From Patescibacteria group bacterium (GTDB lineage: Bacteria; Patescibacteriota; Dojkabacteria; J137), in assembly GCA_016861265.1 (NCBI GenBank), contig BOLA01000001.1, positions 139,569 through 203,568 of the forward strand: a stretch of 64,000 nucleotides of DNA. Reading direction: 5' to 3'. The notes under the pieces are model-generated. The model was not told where the DNA came from, did not search any database, and saw nothing but the letters and a program-made list of their open reading frames with translations. Shown one piece after another: positions 1-8,118 of the stretch (its first letter is position 1; the number at the start of each line of letters is the position of its first letter). Both the position numbers and the translations under genes were made by a program.

Positions 1-1028
1 CAATAAGTAACGCAGTTGTAGGAAAAGAATTCTCTACACAGGAGGAATTAGATAATGCATTATTAGCCTTGGATGGAACTGAAACCAAATCAAACTTAGG
101 TGCAAATGCAATACTAGGAGTTTCATTAGCCTTTGCAAAAGCAACCGCAGAATCAAAAAAAATGCCTCTGTTTAAATATATTCAGGAATTATACGGAAAT
201 GCTGGACTAAAATTACCAAGACCAATGTTCAATATTATGAATGGTGGTAAACATGCAAACTGGTCTACTGATATTCAAGAATTTATGATTGTAATGCCTA
301 ATGCTGAATATTCAGACCAAGTTAGAATGGCGTGCGAAATTTTTATGAATCTAGAAAAGACGCTAAAGGAGAAGGGATTAAATACTAATATAGGTAACGA
401 AGGAGGATTTGCACCAGGCTTTAAGAGCAATGAAGACGCATTCGAGATGATTGTTTCTGCAGTAGAGAAATCTGGATATAAAATGGGAACTGATGTAATG
501 TTCGCCTTAGATGTTGCATCTAGCGAATTTTATAATGCAGAAACAGGAACATATACACTAAAAACAGAAAATAAAGAGTTAAGCAAAGAAGAATGGATGG
601 CAAAGGTTATGAGTTGGGTTGATACACACCCATTTATAAGTATCGAAGATCCGTTCTCAGAAGATGATTGGGCAAGCTGGTCCGCATTCACCGCAAAAGT
701 TGGTGATAAATTACAAATTGTAGGCGATGACTTATTAGTAACAAATGTAAAAAGAGTTGAAAAAGCGATTGCTGAAAAAGCATGTAATGCCTTATTAGTT
801 AAAGTAAACCAAATAGGTTCCTTAACAGAAACATTAAAAGCAATGAAAATGGCTCAGGATGCAGGCTGGAATAATGTAATGAGCCACAGATCAGGTGAAA
901 CTGAAGATGTAACAATTAGTCATATTGCAGTTGGAACTGCATGTGGACAATTAAAAACAGGAGCACCTTCAAGAGGAGAAAGAACTGCAAAGTACAACGA
1001 AATTATTAGAATTAGTGAGGAAATATAA
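1..1028 (+). CDS. eno: Enolase (phosphopyruvate hydratase), 5'-partial at the window edge.
   Basis: The reading frame is open from the window start. Motifs LDGTETKSNLGANAILGVSLA, SHRSGETED and KTGAPSRGERTAKYNEIIRI match enolase. Confidence 0.9.
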   Translation, partial: ISNAVVGKEFSTQEELDNALLALDGTETKSNLGANAILGVSLAFAKATAESKKMPLFKYIQELYGNAGLKLPRPMFNIMNGGKHANWSTDIQEFMIVMPNAEYSDQVRMACEIFMNLEKTLKEKGLNTNIGNEGGFAPGFKSNEDAFEMIVSAVEKSGYKMGTDVMFALDVASSEFYNAETGTYTLKTENKELSKEEWMAKVMSWVDTHPFISIEDPFSEDDWASWSAFTAKVGDKLQIVGDDLLVTNVKRVEKAIAEKACNALLVKVNQIGSLTETLKAMKMAQDAGWNNVMSHRSGETEDVTISHIAVGTACGQLKTGAPSRGERTAKYNEIIRISEEI

Positions 1029-1036
1029 AAACCTTG

Positions 1037-1061
1037 GGTTCGGTCGTCTTACGACCGAACC
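1037..1061. terminator. GC-rich hairpin, bidirectional rho-independent terminator.
   Basis: Sequence ggttcggtcg-tctta-cgaccgaacc followed by ttt, lying between eno and the convergent minus-strand ORF. Confidence 0.5.
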
Positions 1062-1069
1062 TTTGGCTC

Positions 1070-1393
1070 TTACTTAGCAGCGGCAAAGATGAGCGCGGCT
1101 ACAATTATGCAAATTCCCATATAGCGCCAAGTAATAGGCACCACAAGGAACGCATTCCACACATGTTGGAGCAGTCGATTCCACAATATAATCGAGATTC
1201 CAACTGTCCAACTGACTACGACGACAAGAGCGCCGATATTGAATATTTCCGGGATATCCACCTCCAGAATCACAAACAGTAGATAGAGGAGGATAATTAA
1301 CAGCCCACCAATACTTCCCATGAGCATTATGTACCCTGAACGCCCGAAAGCGTCTTCAATATCGTCCGAAACTCTGTCAATCCACTGGAACAT
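1070..1393 (-). CDS. Small integral membrane protein (about 3 TM helices), hypothetical, in a raised-GC segment.
   Basis: ORF with clear hydrophobic helices and an AAGGA Shine-Dalgarno about 8 nt upstream of the ATG. Local GC of about 45% exceeds the roughly 33% of the flanks. Confidence 0.45.
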   Translation of the reverse strand: MFQWIDRVSDDIEDAFGRSGYIMLMGSIGGLLIILLYLLFVILEVDIPEIFNIGALVVVVSWTVGISIILWNRLLQHVWNAFLVVPITWRYMGICIIVAALIFAAAK

Positions 1394-1468
1394 TGTCCTA
1401 GTCCTTGTGTAAGAGCACTAAATACAGTATATAACCTATATATAGGAATGTCAACCAGAACTGGTTAC

Positions 1469-2437
1469 TTATAGACTACTGTGTAGAGATATAGTTTTAG
1501 GTTGAGTTACTTGATTAATTGAGTTCTTTACTATTTCTGCTGAAGTTTGTAGAAGAGCCTTTTCTTGTTCATCGAGTCTAACTTCTTTATATATTTCAAC
1601 TCCATTAGAACCTAGTTTTGCCGGAACACCAATTGCGATACTGCTTAGTCCATATTCACCACTTAAAACTACGCTTAATGGCATCACTCTATTTTCGTCT
1701 CTAATTATTGCTCTGCATATTCTTGAAACCGCTGCCCCAATTCCATAATATGTAGCTTTTTTACCCTCAATAATTTTGTATGCCATTTCTCTTACTCTTT
1801 TTGCAACATCATCTCTGTATGTTTGATCAGTATTTACAATGTCGGACAAGGGGACACCGCCAATTGTGGCGCTGCTTAATGCAGGAAAGGAACTATCTCC
1901 ATGTTCACCTAAAATATACGCATGTACATTAATCGGGTTAATATTCAGATCTTCATGAATTAACCCTCTTAACCTAGCTGTATCTAAGAAAGTCCCGCTT
2001 CCAAAAACCATTCCTTGTGGTAAGCCCGATTCTGTTGCTGCAATATATGTAAGTACATCAACAGGATTAGTTACCATTAAAATAAAGACTGATTTATTCA
2101 CTTCTTTTATTTTAGAAACTATATCTCTAATAATCTTTACATTTATATTCAACAAATCTAGCCTAGTTTGGCCATCTTTTTGCGCAGCACCTGCGGTTAC
2201 TACAATAATATCTCCATCTATTAAATCTGAATAAGTTGCATACTTTACTTCTACTCCATTTGTAAAGTTAGCTGCATCGTGCATGTCCAAAACATTAGCT
2301 TTTGCCAAACCTTCAGCAATATCAATTAGTAATACCTCTTTTGCAACTTCTTGTAAAACCATAGCATACGCAGCGGAAGAGCCAACCATACCTGTACCTA
2401 CCACGACTACTCTTCCCGATGGACTCACTTTTTCCAT
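1469..2437 (-). CDS. ldh: L-lactate dehydrogenase (LDH/MDH superfamily).
   Basis: N-terminal Rossmann motif VVVVGTGMVGSS. The substrate loop AGAAQKDGQTRLDL carries the Q102-type LDH residue, and IGEHGDS is present. Confidence 0.75.
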   Translation of the reverse strand: MEKVSPSGRVVVVGTGMVGSSAAYAMVLQEVAKEVLLIDIAEGLAKANVLDMHDAANFTNGVEVKYATYSDLIDGDIIVVTAGAAQKDGQTRLDLLNINVKIIRDIVSKIKEVNKSVFILMVTNPVDVLTYIAATESGLPQGMVFGSGTFLDTARLRGLIHEDLNINPINVHAYILGEHGDSSFPALSSATIGGVPLSDIVNTDQTYRDDVAKRVREMAYKIIEGKKATYYGIGAAVSRICRAIIRDENRVMPLSVVLSGEYGLSSIAIGVPAKLGSNGVEIYKEVRLDEQEKALLQTSAEIVKNSINQVTQPKTISLHSSL

Positions 2438-2459
2438 ATATATTTTGATAATTAGTTAA

Positions 2460-3530
2460 TTAAGCTAATGTAACCTCGTTACACAAATAAACATCCTGTA
2501 CTGTTTGTAATAATTGCACTCCTTCTGACATAGGTCTTTGGAACGCCTTTCTTCCCATAATTAAACCGGAACCACCTGCTCTCTTATTTATTACTGCTGT
2601 CATAACGGCTTCCTTTAAATCATTTTCCCCGCTTGCTCCACCGGAACTAATTAATGGAATTTTACCCATATAACAATTTGCTACCTGATATTTAGTTAAG
2701 TCAATTGGGTGTTCAGTGGTTAGATCTGAATAAATTCTGTCATCGAGTTTGCCATAACTAGATGTACCAGTATTCATTGCTTTGTAGCCCGCATTGTTTT
2801 CTGGTAATTTTTGTTTAATAATATCTGCTTCAATTGTTACACCTAAGTGATTTGCCTGACCAGTGATGTCAGCGGAAGCTTCGTAGTTAACTCCATTAAC
2901 ACTAAATCCGGAATTTCGAACATAGCACCATAAAATAGTAAACATTCCTAATCGGTGAGCCTCAGCAAAAGCCTTAGAGACTTCCATTAATTGTCTATTC
3001 GACTCTGGAGACCCAAAGTACACTGTTGCTCCAATTCCAATAGCTCCCATATCAAATGCCTGCTGAACTTGTCCAAACATAATTTGATCATGCTTATTAG
3101 GATAAGTTAATAGTTCATTGTGATTAAGTTTTACAATAAATGGAATTTTATCTGCGTATTTTTTACTATTAAGACCAAGAACTCCCAAAGTGGATGCAAC
3201 ACCACTGCAATTTGCCTCTAATGCAAGTTTTATTATATTTTCTGGGTCAAAGTACATTGGATTCTTTGCAAAACTTGCACCGGCAGAATGCTCTATACCT
3301 TGATCTACAGGAAGAATGGATAAATATCCTGTATTCCCTAATCTACCAGCGGTATACAGTCTTTTTAAATTTTCGAGTACCTTAGCATTTCTATCGGAAT
3401 TTACCATAACATCCTCAATCCAAGTTGGCTTGGGACTATAAAAGTTCTGTCCCGCAAAAGTTCCAGACTTATGATTTAATAAGTATTCCGCCTTATCTGC
3501 CAGGATATTTTGTATCTCTGAATAATTCAT
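2460..3530 (-). CDS. fbaB: Class I fructose-bisphosphate aldolase (FbaB/DhnA type).
   Basis: Near-collinear similarity to E. coli FbaB: [57 protein letters not shown]. Confidence 0.8.
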   Translation of the reverse strand: MNYSEIQNILADKAEYLLNHKSGTFAGQNFYSPKPTWIEDVMVNSDRNAKVLENLKRLYTAGRLGNTGYLSILPVDQGIEHSAGASFAKNPMYFDPENIIKLALEANCSGVASTLGVLGLNSKKYADKIPFIVKLNHNELLTYPNKHDQIMFGQVQQAFDMGAIGIGATVYFGSPESNRQLMEVSKAFAEAHRLGMFTILWCYVRNSGFSVNGVNYEASADITGQANHLGVTIEADIIKQKLPENNAGYKAMNTGTSSYGKLDDRIYSDLTTEHPIDLTKYQVANCYMGKIPLISSGGASGENDLKEAVMTAVINKRAGGSGLIMGRKAFQRPMSEGVQLLQTVQDVYLCNEVTLA

Positions 3531-3572
3531 ACTTTTATTTTAAAAATTGTAACAATATATATCATTCTACAT

Positions 3573-4238
3573 TTATGCGAATGGTTGAACAAGTTCATCT
3601 AATTTAGCCTTAGGATCTAAAGCCTTTACAAATGCCGAGGCAAGCAACACCCCTTCTGCCCCAAGTTCAACTGCTTTGTTAATATCATCACCATTTGAAA
3701 CTCCGGCACCGATTAAAATATTTTTTTGAGTTGGAATAGCTTTAACAAATTCCGAAACCGACTCAGGTCTTGTAGTCACGCTAATTCCACTACCTATTAA
3801 ATCTTTTGGTTCATAAGCTATAGCGAATGGATTTGCAGCGGTGAGCTTCACGGCCTCCTGGGTATTTTCGCAGCAAACAATCAACTTTACACCTTTAGAT
3901 TGTATTGTTTTAATATCCTCTAAAATTGAGTCTGAATACATTCTGTGTTCACTGTGATTGTACAAAGCATACTCTACTCCATAAGATAAAAGTGTTTCGA
4001 CTGGAACCCATCCTGTTGAAGATCCTTGAACTTTATTATCCACATTTTGTGCTGCAATAATTAAATCAGGATAATTTTGTTTAGCCCAAAATAAATCTGT
4101 TTGGGCTACTGCAACAATAATTCTATCTCTTATTTTTTCAATCTTTGTATTTGCTACATATTCACTAACAATATCTAAAAGTTTTTTGCAATTTAACCCT
4201 GTAGATTCGGAGTAGGTTTTTAAATTTAGAACTAACAT
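3573..4238 (-). CDS. tpiA: Triosephosphate isomerase, short archaeal-type (about 220 aa).
   Basis: Motifs LNLKTY, YNHSEHRM, YEPKDLIGSGI and GVLLASAFVKA match the tetrameric archaeal TIM pattern (NFKTY / LNHSENRM / VEPPELIGTGI / GVLLASG). The gene is 221 aa, against about 250 aa for bacterial TIM. Confidence 0.75.
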   Translation of the reverse strand: MLVLNLKTYSESTGLNCKKLLDIVSEYVANTKIEKIRDRIIVAVAQTDLFWAKQNYPDLIIAAQNVDNKVQGSSTGWVPVETLLSYGVEYALYNHSEHRMYSDSILEDIKTIQSKGVKLIVCCENTQEAVKLTAANPFAIAYEPKDLIGSGISVTTRPESVSEFVKAIPTQKNILIGAGVSNGDDINKAVELGAEGVLLASAFVKALDPKAKLDELVQPFA

Positions 4239-4368
4239 TTTTTATAATTAATATATATCTGGTATAACGTAAATTATTTATACAGCTCAATTTACCATAC
4301 TGGGTACTTTAGTCAAGCATGGTAATTCTTGACCGTTATGCTCAAATAGTTTTAGAATGAATTGTTTT

Positions 4369-4384
4369 AATCACATTTGTGATT
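4369..4384. promoter_or_regulatory. Palindrome aatcaca-tt-tgtgatt in the tpi/gap divergent promoter region, about 25 bp upstream of the gap ATG.
   Basis: Perfect 7-bp inverted repeat with a 2-bp spacer, read directly from the sequence. The TCACA/TGTGA half-sites resemble CRP/FNR-type operators. Confidence 0.3.
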
Positions 4385-4408
4385 CACTTTAACTATTAAC
4401 TAAATAAT

Positions 4409-5434
4409 ATGGCAGTAAGAGTTGCTATAAATGGATTCGGAAGAATCGGGAGACTTGTTTACCGAGCATTACTTGAAAGAAATATGCTAGACGGCGAAGT
4501 AGAGGTTGTTGTTGTTAACGACCTAGTTCCTGCCGAGAACCTTGCGTATTTACTAAAATACGATACTACTCACGGTAAATTACCTTACGATGTAAAAGCA
4601 ATTGATGAAAATACAATTCAAGTTGGAGAAAGAACACTAAAGACCATCGCTATGAAGGTTACTCCTGCAGAGTTACCTTGGAAAGATTACAACATTGATG
4701 TAGTTATTGAATCAACAGGATTTTTTACAAAGAAGGCAGATGCAATGGGGCATATTACGGCTGGAGCCAAGAAAGTTATTATCTCAGCACCATCCGATGA
4801 AGATGTTAAGACAATATTGGTAGGGGTCAACAATGATCAGTATATGGGGGAAGATTTAGTTTCGAATGCCAGCTGTACAACAAACTGTTTAGCACCAATA
4901 ATACATGTATTATTAAAAGAAGGAATTGGCGTAGAAGAAGGCCTAATGACTACTGCCCATGCATATACAGCAACACAAGTAACAATGGACGGTCCTTCGA
5001 GAAAAGCATTCAGAGATGGAAGAGCTGCAGCAATGAACATTATTCCTGCAAGTACAGGAGCAGCAAAGGCCATAGGTTTAGTACTGCCTGAGGTTAAGGG
5101 CAAGCTAACTGGCATGTCCTTAAGAGTTCCTGTTGCCGATGTTTCAATTGTTGATCTGACTTTTAAACCAACAAGAGACACTTCCTTGGAAGAAATAAAT
5201 GCAGCAATGAAAAAGGCAAGCGAAACATATTTAAAAGGGATATTAAATTACTCAGAAGAACCTCTTGTATCTTCAGATTTAATTCATGATCCGCATTCAA
5301 GTACATACGATGCTACTGCTTCGATTCAGTTAAATCCTAGATTTTTTAAGCTTATGGCATGGTACGATAATGAATGGGGATTTTCCAATAGAATGGCTGA
5401 ACTGTTAAAAATTGTTGCCGATAAAATGCAATAA
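4409..5434 (+). CDS. gap: Glyceraldehyde-3-phosphate dehydrogenase (type I).
   Basis: NGFGRIGR N-terminus, SCTTNCLAP active-site Cys, and overall collinearity with bacterial GapA. Confidence 0.9.
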   Translation: MAVRVAINGFGRIGRLVYRALLERNMLDGEVEVVVVNDLVPAENLAYLLKYDTTHGKLPYDVKAIDENTIQVGERTLKTIAMKVTPAELPWKDYNIDVVIESTGFFTKKADAMGHITAGAKKVIISAPSDEDVKTILVGVNNDQYMGEDLVSNASCTTNCLAPIIHVLLKEGIGVEEGLMTTAHAYTATQVTMDGPSRKAFRDGRAAAMNIIPASTGAAKAIGLVLPEVKGKLTGMSLRVPVADVSIVDLTFKPTRDTSLEEINAAMKKASETYLKGILNYSEEPLVSSDLIHDPHSSTYDATASIQLNPRFFKLMAWYDNEWGFSNRMAELLKIVADKMQ

Positions 5435-5453
5435 AAAATATATAGATACTATA

Positions 5454-5470
5454 GGGCGCCTACGGCGCCC
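5454..5470 (+). terminator. Rho-independent terminator after gap.
   Basis: gggcgcc-tac-ggcgccc followed by a tttctgtt T-tract. Confidence 0.5.
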
Positions 5471-5516
5471 TTTCTGTTATAATTATCAATCTTCCGCAAT
5501 GTAGCAAGGATGTAGC

Positions 5517-5636
5517 ATGATTAAGAAGATACTTATAATTGTGGTAGGAATATTACTGGCAGTAGTTTTGGCTGTTGCCGTAATTTCCACAATACAGCAC
5601 TATGGTTACTTTCCTGTAAACTGGTGGCTGCGCTAA
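5517..5636 (+). CDS. Small ORF of 39 aa, single-TM hydrophobic peptide (MIKKILIIVVGILLAVVLAVAVISTIQHYGYFPVNWWLR), not in the ORF track.
   Basis: Translated by hand. AAGGA SD 6 nt upstream of the ATG, followed by a strong hairpin terminator at 5639-5662. It lies in the 320-bp gap-pgk spacer. Confidence 0.3.
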   Translation: MIKKILIIVVGILLAVVLAVAVISTIQHYGYFPVNWWLR

Positions 5637-5638
5637 CA

Positions 5639-5662
5639 CGAGCCCGGGAACTCCCGGGCTCG
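5639..5662 (+). terminator. GC-rich hairpin terminator.
   Basis: cgagcccggg-aact-cccgggctcg followed by taaaaata. Confidence 0.45.
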
Positions 5663-5755
5663 TAAAAATATTAATCAATAACGATTATTTAATCCAAGTT
5701 GTTAAGCTTAATCTGAGTATAGTATTATTTAAAAAGATAATTCTTATATACAAAT

Positions 5756-6976
5756 ATGTACAAAGTTAACACTGATCTAAATAAGTTTTCCTATAAAAAT
5801 ATTGATTTAGCTAATGCGAGAGTAATTGTACGAACATGTTTAAATGTTTCGGTGGATTCTAATGGTAAGGTTACCGATGCTACAAGGCTCTATGAATCAT
5901 TACCATTAATAAAAGATTTAGCCTTAAATGCCCAAAACGTGATTTTAACTGCTCACCTTGGCAGACCAGAACAACGGGAAAGAAAATCATCCTTCTGGAA
6001 TGTAGCTGAAATGCTTAGTCAATCATTACGAGAAAATCACATTGAAGTTATTCTTGTTGATGACTTAACAAATGAATGGATAGATAAAATGACTCATAAT
6101 ATAAATTCTTCAGAGAGTAAGAAAGTATATCTTCTGGAAAATATTAGATTTTTTGAAGGTGAAGAATCAAAGGATAAGACAGAGAGAATGATGTTTGCGA
6201 AAAAGCTTTCTATGTTAGCCGACTACTTTATTAACGATGCATTTGCTGATTATAGAGAATCTGCTTCTACATACGATATAGCAACACTTTTACCAAGTTA
6301 TCTAGGTCCAGTATTTTTAAAAGAGGTCGAGGCACTATCTATGTTTAATAACGTTGATATTCTTGTTTCGGTACTGGGTGGAGCAAAACTATCGGAAAAA
6401 TTAGATGCACTTAACTCACTTGCAGAGATATCAGAAAAAGTCGTAGTAGGCGGAGCCATGGCCTATACATTGCTTAAAGCAATGGGGATAAATGTAGGCA
6501 AGTCATTAATAGAGGAAGATAAACTTGATGTAGCAAAAGAGGTAATACAAAAATATGGCGACAAACTCGTATTGCCAGTTGATCATGTTGTTGCAAATGA
6601 ATTTACAGAAGAAGCTGCAAGATCAGCTTACAATACTAGTGATCAATCAATTCCGGAAGATACGATTGCAATAGATATAGGGTGGAGAACAATTAAACTA
6701 TTTGAAGAAACTATTGTTTTGGGTAATTACGTTTTATGGAATGGACCTATGGGGGTATTTGAATGGGATAAGTCTTCTAAAGGAACATTATCTATAGGCA
6801 AAGCAATTGAAAAGAATGGTCCTGCCTATAAATTGGCTGGAGGTGGAGATTCTATTGCAGCAATAAATAAGCTGCAGCTAAAGGGATTTAACCATATTTC
6901 TACCGGAGGAGGTGCAATGCTTTCGTTTTTAGCGTATGAGAAATTTCCAACTCTTGATGTGATTATAAATAGATAA
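5756..6976 (+). CDS. pgk: Phosphoglycerate kinase.
   Basis: 406 aa, with ILTAHLGRP, the GGGDS-like region AGGGDSIAA and a C-terminal STGGGAMLSFL motif. Confidence 0.9.
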   Translation: MYKVNTDLNKFSYKNIDLANARVIVRTCLNVSVDSNGKVTDATRLYESLPLIKDLALNAQNVILTAHLGRPEQRERKSSFWNVAEMLSQSLRENHIEVILVDDLTNEWIDKMTHNINSSESKKVYLLENIRFFEGEESKDKTERMMFAKKLSMLADYFINDAFADYRESASTYDIATLLPSYLGPVFLKEVEALSMFNNVDILVSVLGGAKLSEKLDALNSLAEISEKVVVGGAMAYTLLKAMGINVGKSLIEEDKLDVAKEVIQKYGDKLVLPVDHVVANEFTEEAARSAYNTSDQSIPEDTIAIDIGWRTIKLFEETIVLGNYVLWNGPMGVFEWDKSSKGTLSIGKAIEKNGPAYKLAGGGDSIAAINKLQLKGFNHISTGGGAMLSFLAYEKFPTLDVIINR

Positions 6977-6982
6977 ACGAAA

Positions 6983-7000
6983 GGGCGGTTTTACCCGCCC
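6983..7000. terminator. Hairpin gggcgg-tttta-cccgccc, acting as a terminator for the convergent minus-strand gene (T-tract on the minus side).
   Basis: Read directly from the sequence. Confidence 0.4.
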
Positions 7001-7027
7001 TCGATGAAATGGGACAACTATTGCCTA

Positions 7028-7408
7028 CTAGGCGACAACAATAATGATTCGCCGCTCGAAGTCCACTTCGAACTCGCCTTTGAACCCAGCCTGCTTCAGA
7101 ATACTGTGCAGTGCCGTTGTCGAGTTGGGGTCAATATGGCGATATGAGGTCAGTCCTTCATACTCATTCTTCGGGATTTCAATAATCAGTCCCTTAGGAC
7201 CTTTCCCGAGTTTGAGGTAGTAGCGTTTGCTTTCGATGCTCATGGCAAACCCTAAGAGAATCATAACACTACCTGCAATCCACACAGGGATGGACTGAAT
7301 CGACAGAGTGGCTGTAGGACAGAGAATCTGCAAGAGAATAAATAAAACTCCCACGGACGCTACTACCCCAACAGCGTTCTGTTTACCAATACTCAATAAG
7401 CTAGCCAT
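7028..7408 (-). CDS. Small membrane protein (2 TM plus a C-terminal soluble domain), hypothetical, in a raised-GC segment. The start is taken at the internal MASLLSIGKQ rather than the upstream GTG of the ORF track.
   Basis: An SD-like GGTGAGGA precedes the ATG at 7408. The ORF-track extension overlaps the terminator hairpin of the upstream gene. GC is about 48%. Confidence 0.4.
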   Translation of the reverse strand: MASLLSIGKQNAVGVVASVGVLFILLQILCPTATLSIQSIPVWIAGSVMILLGFAMSIESKRYYLKLGKGPKGLIIEIPKNEYEGLTSYRHIDPNSTTALHSILKQAGFKGEFEVDFERRIIIVVA

Positions 7409-7484
7409 TTCAAAGATCCTCACCAAAATCGGATAGATATATCTATTATATACCCTTCCTGGAGTTTTTGCAATAAATAAAAAA

Positions 7485-7499
7485 GGCTCCACAGGAGCC
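7485..7499 (-). terminator. Hairpin ggctcc-aca-ggagcc with flanking A/T tracts, terminator of the 7522-8091 gene.
   Basis: Read directly from the sequence. Confidence 0.4.
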
Positions 7500-7521
7500 T
7501 TTTTAAATTCAAATTGATTAT

Positions 7522-8091
7522 TTACTTTCGAGTACTTCTTTCTATAAGTCCTCCTAGAATCATTAATCCTAATGAAAATACCAACACCCAGAATATTAGG
7601 CTTGTCATTTGATTATATGCATTAGATGCCTGGTAGAATCTAACAAAGCTCATTCTTATTTCACAGAGTGCAGTACCAAAATTAGTCATTGCGCCTAATG
7701 TATGTACAACAATAGACGTAACAGAATTAATTATGAACAAAGGTAGTGCCAAACCAAAAATAGTATTTAATCCCGCTAATAACGAATAGTTATGTATTGC
7801 TTTATTAGCCATTAGTCTGGAAGATTTTACAAGATAATCATAAATTGTACTCACAGCCCAGACAATAACAAAAAAACCGTAAACCGCAATTAACACTCTT
7901 AAAAAATTCGAATCTCTTCGTAGTAGGGGTAAGAATACAAAGAAGGCCAGTGTAAAGAATACAAGGCTTACTACACTTTCTAAAACTATATACTCACTGC
8001 CTCTTCTAGTAAGCATTCGCTTTGCTCTTGTACGCACAGCCAAAGTATTTTTAACGGATTTTATAGGATTTGCCATACTATTAAATAACAA
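7522..8091 (-). CDS. Polytopic membrane protein, hypothetical.
   Basis: 189-aa ORF with 4 predicted hydrophobic helices. No recognisable motif. Confidence 0.4.
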   Translation of the reverse strand: MLFNSMANPIKSVKNTLAVRTRAKRMLTRRGSEYIVLESVVSLVFFTLAFFVFLPLLRRDSNFLRVLIAVYGFFVIVWAVSTIYDYLVKSSRLMANKAIHNYSLLAGLNTIFGLALPLFIINSVTSIVVHTLGAMTNFGTALCEIRMSFVRFYQASNAYNQMTSLIFWVLVFSLGLMILGGLIERSTRK

Positions 8092-8118
8092 AATAAATAT
8101 TATTAGTTTATCAAAATT

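Noticed and set aside
1034-1282. Plus-strand 82-aa ORF overlapping the minus-strand membrane ORF.
   Set aside because: Its composition looks random (H/R/N-rich, no hydrophobic core). The opposite-strand ORF has clear TM helices and an SD, and the plus ORF would run through the eno terminator hairpin.
3194-5181. Short antisense ORFs in the ORF track (3194-3385, 3425-3607, 4837-5181, and similar ones at 9892-10119, 10720-10917, 12968-13150, 14046-14231, 16275-16601, 17047-17244, 20058-20258, 21448-21672, 26814-27038, 29438-29773, 30701-30973, 32557-32935, 34693-34878, 35866-36512, 37581-37808, the 38109-43566 set, 46365-46691, 48230-48493, 49578-49763, 50243-50591, 51134-51334, 54798-54980, 55885-56094, 57541-57786, 58026-58256, 59986-60198, 60485-60748, 61555-62028, 63423-63626).
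   Set aside because: Each is fully embedded in, or antisense to, a long well-supported gene, has low-complexity or random composition, and lacks translation signals. They are treated as spurious.
7409-7492. N-terminal 28-aa extension (GTG start) of the 7028-7492 ORF.
   Set aside because: The extension overlaps the terminator hairpin of the upstream gene. An internal ATG with an SD-like sequence at 7408 gives a protein starting directly at the first TM helix.
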